Below are positions 9,360-15,866 of a DNA stretch of 15,866 nt, piece after piece. This stretch comes from Octopus sinensis. Taxonomy: Eukaryota. The position numbers and the translations under genes were made by a program. Below the pieces are notes generated by a model. It did not search any database. It was not told the origin of the DNA and saw only the letters and a program-made list of their open reading frames with translations. Within the stretch, counting starts at the first letter, position 1; each line of letters begins with the position of its first letter. The stretch covers positions 1 through 15,866 of the forward strand of contig NW_021825312.1 in assembly GCF_006345805.1 (NCBI RefSeq), written 5' to 3'.

Positions 9360-9650
9360 CACACCTTCGTGTTGGGGGGTCATCTTTACTTTGTTATCTC
9401 CCCTACTTTCCCTCTCATGTGTGACCCTTCTATCCGAGTCAGTCGCCATGATAGATCGATAGCCACTACACATATCTTTTTTATCTCCTTGTTTCTCTCT
9501 TTGTTTTTTTCTGTGTCCCTTTCTGCTGAAGAGTGTAGGCTCGAAACGTAAAAGACTTTTTCTATTCCTGAGCGTTATATACTAATACATCTGTTTGTTT
9601 TGTACACCACCTGTCTTCGTCTTTTGTTTTTTTCATAAAATCTCCCTATA
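9360..9650 (+). mobile_element. Second Penelope-like pseudo-LTR fragment carrying hammerhead motif 2
   Basis: Same layout as 9130-9330 (pyrimidine-rich leader, hammerhead, TTCCTGAG, T-rich tail) but diverged sequence. Confidence 0.6.
9519..9554 (+). ncRNA. Minimal type I hammerhead ribozyme motif 2 (variant core)
   Basis: CUUU-CUGCUGA-A-GAGU(GUAG)GCUC-GAAA-CGU-A-AAAG. A6C core change, GUA site. Confidence 0.6.
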
Positions 9651-9739
9651 TATATATATACACACATACATGTACACACACACACACACACATATGTATA
9701 TATAGAGATACATGCACATATATATACATATATACATAA

Positions 9740-10150
9740 GTGCAGGAGTGGCTGTGTGGTAAGAAGCTTACTTACTAACCGCATGGTACCAGGTTCAGTT
9801 CCACTGCCCGGCACCTTGGGTAAGTGTCTTCTACTAGAGTCTTAGGCCAACCAAAGACTTGTGAATGGATTTGGTAGACGGACACTGAAAGAAGCCCGTC
9901 ATATATGTGTGTGTGTGTGTGTGTGTATGTATGTACATATGTGTGTGTGCACATGCGTGTGTCTGTGTTAATCCCCCCACCCCACTGTCACTTGACAACT
10001 GATGTTGGTGTGGCTATGTCCCCATAGCTTAGTGGTTCAGCAAAAGAGACCAATAGGATAAGTACTAGGCTTACAAAGAATAAGTCCTGGGGTCAATTTG
10101 TTCAACTAAAGGTGGTGCTCCAGCAGGGCTATAGTCAAATGACTGAAACA
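9740..10150 (+). mobile_element. SINE family B, older copy
   Basis: Colinear with other B copies. Possible low-complexity TSD ACATATATACATAA at 9726-9739 and 10160-10173. Confidence 0.9.
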
Positions 10151-10476
10151 CAGATTTACACATATATACATAAACCATAAAAGTCAGGAGGTATGAGAGA
10201 TGAATATGTTTATTCAATCATTTGTCATGCTTTGGGTTACAGCTGTTTCACACCCTTCTTCATGTAATAATATATCAGTGCATGATATATTGTATCTACA
10301 TGCCTGCCCTAATATGCATGCTATGTATTATACAATACCATTGTGTATTCACCAATCAATGTGGATAAAGAAAGCTAGTACATTAGATCACCAGAAAGGG
10401 AAGATGTTGGCAGCAAGTTTCAGCTTACTAACCTTCAAGAGGCTGTGACTTGAGTCTAGTTTCTCAAGCTTTATAC

Positions 10477-10531
10477 AAAGAATTTTTGGCAGTGTTCATT
10501 GGGTGAGTGGAGCAATGCATGGTAAATAAGC
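10477..10531 (-). CDS. Tentative upstream exon (phase 2/0; LIYHALLHSPNEHCQKFF)
   Basis: Good CACTCTTATCAG acceptor but weak TTT|GTATAA donor. Would join in frame to QDTPQ... Confidence 0.3.
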
Positions 10532-10591
10532 CTGATAAGAGTGAATTTGCTGGGAACACAAATATGAATATGTATGTGTGTGTGTGTATAT

Positions 10592-10748
10592 TCTCTTTTA
10601 CTCTTTTACTTGTTTCAGTCATTTGACTGCGGCCATGCTGGAGCACCGCCTTTAGTCGAGCAAATCGACCCTGGGACTTATTCTTTGTAAGCCCAGTACT
10701 TATTCTATCGGTCTCTTTTGCCGAACCACTGGGCCATTGCGCCTCCAC
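10592..10748 (-). mobile_element. Chimeric SINE: family A 5' end fused to family B 3' half
   Basis: Minus strand GTGGAGGCGCAATGGCCCAGTGGTT (A head) runs directly into CGGCAAAAGAGACC... (B tail). Confidence 0.88.
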
Positions 10749-10984
10749 GTTTATGTATATATATATACCAATGTATAAAACAGACTATCAGATGAGGTTA
10801 CACACTGCTTGTCACAATATGCTTCCCTACATTGTTGTAGGGGCTATTCACTTTGTGTCTTCAGGAGTCATCTGGGCATGGCATTACCATTATCTGTCTC
10901 TTTGCCGTTCCTACTGATCATTTCTCATTTCTCTTCCCCTCCTTTCTCTTACTAAATGTGTATTTCCATGGCGATACTCTAAGC

Positions 10985-11088
10985 CAGTTGGTTCTCAAGT
11001 GGAGTCCACAAGCCCCTTGGGGGTGGTGGCCACGTAAGATTTTGCTGTTAAAATTTATCTGCAATAAATTGGTTATAGTTCTACAATA
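10985..11088. mobile_element. Left part of hAT-like MITE (family E)
   Basis: CAGTTGGTTCTCAAG terminus; TAAATTGGTTATAGTTCTACAATA matches 6880-6904. Confidence 0.6.
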
Positions 11089-11253
11089 GGTGTAGGAGTG
11101 GCTGTGTGGTAAGTAGCTTGCTTACCAACCACATGGTTCCGGGTTCAGTTCCACTGTGTGGTAACTTGGGCAAGTCTCTTCTACTATAGCCTCAGGCTGA
11201 CCAAAGCGTTGTGAGTGGATTTAGTAGACGGAAACTAAAAGAAGCCCGTCGTA

Positions 11254-11296
<43 letters not shown>

Positions 11297-11500
11297 ATGT
11301 GTTTGTCTCCCTAGCATTGCTTGACAACCGATGCTGGTGTGTTTACGTCCCCGTCACTTAGCGGTTCGGCAAAAGAGACCGATAGAATAAGTACTAGGCT
11401 TACAAAGAATAAGTCCCGGGGTCGATTTGCTCGACTAAAGACGGTGCTCCAGCATGGCCACAGTCAAATGACTGAAACAAGTAAAAGAGAATGAAAGAGA
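11089..11500 (+). mobile_element. SINE family B, full length
   Basis: Head, internal microsatellite and tail all present. Confidence 0.93.
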
Positions 11501-11796
11501 ATGTATACATGCAAAGCGGCAGAAAGCAAAAAGTGGAGACTTTCAGACAATTAATATTTAAGTATAAATATATATATATATTAATAGATCCATCTTACAC
11601 AGAGTACGAAGAGCAGGGAAAATGAAAGTGGAGAAAGAAAGGTGTTGTAAGTTCAGCAGCTGTTTCTAGGGGCTTTAATTTTCTGTCATTTGTACTCTGT
11701 GTAAGATGGATCTATTGAGATATATATATTTATACTTAAATATTCATTGTCTGAAAGCTTCCACGCTTTGCTTTCTCTCATTTTGCATGTATACAT
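11501..11796. repeat. Long fold-back palindrome (~125-bp arms, 44-bp spacer)
   Basis: Arms 11501-11628 and 11673-11796, with a perfect 25-bp core at 11583-11607 / 11692-11716. Confidence 0.92.
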
Positions 11797-11857
11797 ATAT
11801 ATATATATATTATAGTATATAATAACTATATATATATATATATATATAATATATATA

Positions 11858-11899
<42 letters not shown>

Positions 11900-12265
11900 T
11901 TGTATATACAATATATATATATGGTGTGTGTGTGTGTATATATATAGTATGTGTGTGTGTGTATATTATGTGTGTGTGTCTATATATATATGTGTATATA
12001 AGAGATTGTGTGTATATATATAATATATATATAAATATATATATATAGATATAATGTGTATATCTATATATGTATATATATATATATATCTAATACTATT
12101 AATATGTATAAGTATATATATATTGTATATGTTATATATAGATATGTATAGTATACATATATATGTATATATATATATATATGTATGTATATACAAAATG
12201 TAATATATATGTGTATATATATATATATGTTTATATATATGTGTATCTATATATATATATATATA
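11797..12265. repeat. Compound (TA)n/(TG)n microsatellite
   Basis: Directly visible. Confidence 0.96.
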
Positions 12266-12701
12266 CAGTGTAATTTAATTGTTCATTTTGAATTGATAAA
12301 AGGTGTTTCTTTTCTAATTTTTTATATATATATACATTGTATTTCATACCCAAATTGTTATATTTAATAGATCCAATTTGTTTATCTGCATAATTTGCCT
12401 CTCTGTGTGTGTATGTGTGTGAGAAAAGAATTAAGCACTGGCTTTAGTTTTTCTAGGCATTGTTGTAGTTTAATAACAATATAGTCATATATATATATAT
12501 ATAAGTAGTGAATGAATATCCTATGTTTATCGTCAGCATGGAAAATTCGTTAAACCGAAACCTGGGTAGCAAATTCACATCAAAACACGGTTGAAGCGAC
12601 CTGTCAAGGGTAGAAACTCCGAGTTCATGTGCAGAAATTTGTGTGTTTTATATGAATAAATGAAGAATGGAGTCGAACGAAGATGTTACAAAATTCCTTG
12701 A

Positions 12702-12781
12702 CTCTTGACATATGTTTCGAAGACAGCATGTTTCATTCAAAGGAATAAAGGGTGCATTATGCAATCTTCTCATCAGGAAAG
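12702..12781 (-). ncRNA. Type I hammerhead ribozyme motif 3 with intact catalytic core
   Basis: CUGAUGA (12776-12770), stem II GAAGA/UCUUC extended to about 10 bp, and GAAA (12718-12715). Palindromic stem III ACAUAUGU and GUC site (cut between 12707 and 12706). Stem I is imperfect (C-A mismatch then 4 pairs). Confidence 0.72.
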
Positions 12782-12944
12782 AAAGGGAGCCTCTCTCGAC
12801 AACACACAAACAAAAATTTCAATGATTGCCTACATGGTAAACAAAGCGATAAGAGTGCTTTTTTAAAAAAACCGTCAGAAGAATTGACGTCAAAGTTAGA
12901 TAGTAGGAAGAGAAGGACAAAGGAATATTTTATATAGATATATA

Positions 12945-12992
<48 letters not shown>

Positions 12993-12998
12993 ATATAT

Positions 12999-13301
12999 AA
13001 TTAAGAGACAGAACCTCCATCAAATAATTCAATTAATAGTGAAAGATATTATCTCTAAAATATAAATTCAAATGTATTATTAATATTGTACTAAAAAATT
13101 ACTATACTAAATAATACACGTTAAATCGACTACGCACGTTTCGTGACGATATATTTCAATCGATAATATCAAAATCGATAATCTCAGAATTTATATTAAT
13201 TCGATCCAACAATATTAAATTTATATTCTATTATAGAATTATAATAGATAATATCTTTCACTATCAATTGAATTACTTGATGGAAGTTGTGTCACTTAAT
13301 T
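12999..13301. mobile_element. Palindromic element with 56-bp terminal inverted repeats inserted in a (TA)n tract
   Basis: 12999-13054 vs 13246-13301, 51/56 identical. Gapped arm extension to about 13090/13208; (TA)n on both sides. Confidence 0.85.
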
Positions 13302-13539
13302 CTATATATACATATATATATATATATATATAATATCTCGTGAAATTTGATTTAGTTTTAATAAATTGAGTTTTTTTCCCCCTGTTGCGTTGGAATTTTA
13401 TATTCCCTACAAGATATATATATTATATATATATGTATGTATGTATATATGGGTGTGTGTGTTTGTGTGTGTGTGTATAAATAAACCAGGCATTTCAAAA
13501 GTAAATAGACACAATAAGTTTTGAGAGATTTATTTCATA

Positions 13540-14020
13540 GGCATAGGAGTGGCTGTGAGGTAAGTAGCTTGCTTACCAATCACATGGTTCCAGGTTCAGT
13601 CCCACTGCATGGCACGTTGGGCAAGTGTCTTCTGCTATAGCCTCAGGCCGACCAATGCCTTGTGAGTGGATTTGGTAGACGGAAACTGAAAGAAGTCCAT
13701 CATATATATGTATGTATATATATATATATAATATATATATATATATGTACGTATGTATGTATAATTATATATATGTGTATGTATATGTATATATATATAT
13801 GTATATATATATATGCGTATGTATGTGTTTGTGATGGTCCCCCCAACATCGCTTGATACCGATGCTGGTGTGTTTACGTCCCTGTAACTTAGAAGTTCGG
13901 CAAAAGAGACCGAGAGAATAAGTACTAGGCTTTCAAAGAATAAGTTCTCAGGTCGATTTGCTCAACTGAAGGTGGTGCTCCAGCATGGCCACAGTCAAAT
14001 GACTGAAACAAGTAAAAGAG
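13540..14020 (+). mobile_element. SINE family B, full length with long internal microsatellite
   Basis: Colinear with other B copies. Confidence 0.92.
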
Positions 14021-14305
14021 GAAACCCGAATAATGTCTTCAATGTTGCATTTAAATCCTTAATCAAATTATTTAGTAGACAGACCTTGCATATTTTCAAT
14101 AATTAAACTCATTTGACTATTGTAATAATGCAGGTATCAGCGAACTGGGGTAAATTACCTGAAGTGGGGGTGAAAATGGAATTCTTGGGGGTAGTAAGGA
14201 CTCATTAAACATAAATAAAATTATATAAAAAAACATGTTCCTTGTTACGACAACCATTTTTCTTCTGGTAACACTGCATCTGTCCAGTATAATAGAGGTG
14301 TAAAT

Positions 14306-14644
14306 CACATGATCATGTGACCGACCAGGCCATCAGATATTGTTACACATCGCTGGTCACAATGCGCTTCGCATTGTTTTAGCCTTCAAATGATGCCACC
14401 CCGCTGGCTAAGCGAGCAGGCCAACAGAAGAAAGAGTGAGAGAAAGAGTGGTGAAAGAGTACAGCAGGGATCACCACCCCCTGCCGGAGCCTCGTGGAGC
14501 TTTTAGGTGTTTTCGCTCAATAAACACACACAACACCCAGTCTGGGAATCGAAACCGCGATCCTACAACCGCGATCCTACAACCACGATCCTACAACCGC
14601 GATCCTACAACCGCGATCCTACAACTGGGCCATTGCGCCTCCAC
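14306..14644 (-). mobile_element. SINE family A with 14-bp TSD and tandem amplification in the head
   Basis: TSD ATAGAGGTGTAAAT at 14292-14305 and 14645-14658; five 14-bp units at 14555-14624. Confidence 0.93.
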
Positions 14645-14741
14645 ATAGAGGTGTAAATAGATTCATATAAATAAATAAATTCAATAAAACTTTTGAATTC
14701 AAAGAATCTTTGATTCTTTTTCTTTCAAATCAAGCAGGTAA

Positions 14742-15151
14742 CTCTCTTTTACGCTTTTACTCTTCTACTTGTTTCAGTCATTTGACTGCGGCCATGCTGG
14801 AGCACCACCTTTAGTCGAGCAACTCGACCCCGGGACTTATTCTTTGTAAGCCCAGTACTTATTCTATCGGTCTCTTTTGCCGAACCGCTAAGTGACATAA
14901 ACACACCAGCATCGGTTGTCAAGCGATGTTGGGGGGACAAACACAGACATACAAATACACATACACATATATACATACATACATACATATGACGGGCTTC
15001 TTTCAGTTTCGGTCTACAAATCCACTCACAAGGCTATGGTCGGCCCAAGGCTGTAGTAGAAGACACTTTCCTAAGATGTCATGCAGTGAGATTAAACCTG
15101 GAACCGTCTGGTTGAGAAGCTAGTTTCTTACCACAGAGCCACTCCTGCACC
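14742..15151 (-). mobile_element. SINE family B, full length, mosaic divergence
   Basis: Reverse complement of the B consensus; near-identical 3' half and diverged head. Confidence 0.92.
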
Positions 15152-15407
15152 TGTGAACACTACTACAAGTAGTTTCACCATTGTCATCTACAGATGTTCA
15201 CTGCTATCAGAAAGCCCTAAAGACAGCAAGAAGAACAAGAATAGCAAACATGACAAGAGCAAAATCCATGCCACTAATGGGGTTACCTCTATATGGCTGT
15301 ACAATTTGCTAAAAATCACAGCCAAATCACCTTTCAGTTACAACTTGCTGTCTTAAATAAGAGATAAGTGGTATGGTTATGTTGTCATAGTTACCGCCAC
15401 CATCACT

Positions 15408-15572
15408 TATTTCTTTATTGCCCACAAGGGGACAAACAAGGACAAAGGGATTAAGTCGATTACATCGATCCCAGTACGTAACTGGTACTTAATTTATCGA
15501 CCCCGAAAGGATGAAAGGCAAAGTCGTCCTCGGCGGAATTTGAACTCAGAACGTAACGGCAGACGAAATACC
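15408..15572 (-). mobile_element. SINE family C, head-less second unit of a tandem dimer
   Basis: Matches C from GGTATTTCGTCTG to the tail and abuts 15573-15804 without spacer. Confidence 0.88.
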
Positions 15573-15804
15573 TATTTCTTTACTACCCACCAGGGGCTAA
15601 ACAGAGAGAGGACAAACAAGGACAGACAAACGGATTAAATCGATTATATCGACACCCCAGTGCGTAACTGGTACTTATTTAATCGACCCCGAAAGGATGA
15701 AAGGCAAAGTCGACCTCAGAACGTAATTTGAACTCAGAACGTAAAGACAGACGAAATACCGCTAAGCATTCGGTCCGGTGTTCTACCATTTCTGCCAGCT
15801 CGCC
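15573..15804 (-). mobile_element. SINE family C, full-length first unit
   Basis: GGCGAGCTGGCAGAA head on the minus strand; 12-bp local duplication CTCAGAACGTAA at 15715-15726 and 15733-15744. Confidence 0.9.
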
Positions 15805-15866
15805 ACCACCACCACTGCAACCACTACTACCACCACTATCACCTCCCCCACCACCACTACTACCGC
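15805..15866. repeat. (CAC/TAC)n low-complexity repeat
   Basis: Directly visible. Confidence 0.8.

Noticed and set aside
12364-12375. TTAATAGATCCA shared with the palindrome arm at 11581-11592
   Set aside because: 12-bp AT-rich match that does not extend; compatible with chance.
12752-12937. 61-aa plus-strand ORF overlapping hammerhead 3
   Set aside because: Short, with no recognisable motif or splice support.
13125-13190. Minus-strand CUGAGA...GAAACGUGCGUA hammerhead-like string
   Set aside because: The stem III half is plausible but stem II and stem I do not pair with the CUGAGA side, so it is not called a ribozyme.
14117-14308. Minus-strand CAG|GTAATT splice-like site and 63-aa ORF
   Set aside because: Could not build an exon with both good borders and a compatible phase.
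15153-15356. Signal-peptide-like hydrophobic frames on the minus strand and a 67-aa plus ORF
   Set aside because: T-rich sequence gives hydrophobic peptides by default, and the frames stop quickly.

Overview
AT-rich eukaryotic DNA. The SINE families and heavy (TA)n/(TG)n load look like an octopus (coleoid cephalopod) genome, which is an inference from sequence familiarity. Almost all ORFs in the supplied track are microsatellite or repeat artefacts. Reading the minus strand by hand gives a chain of short, phase-compatible coding exons missed by the track: 9017-8931, 5883-5764, 4596-4526 and 2391-2267, plus tentative 10531-10477 and 186-67. The window is therefore probably mostly intron of an unidentified minus-strand gene. 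The introns hold three tRNA-type SINE families (called A, B, C here), an RTE-tailed retroposon (D), a decayed mariner, piggyBac-, hAT- and Tc1/mariner-like MITEs, two non-autonomous Helitrons and Penelope-like fragments. Most notable are three minimal hammerhead-ribozyme motifs, one with an intact catalytic core in the host-gene sense orientation (12702-12781). There are also three long fold-back palindromes, several nested insertions with verifiable target-site duplications, and a chimeric SINE. No rRNA, bona fide tRNA or CRISPR array is supported.
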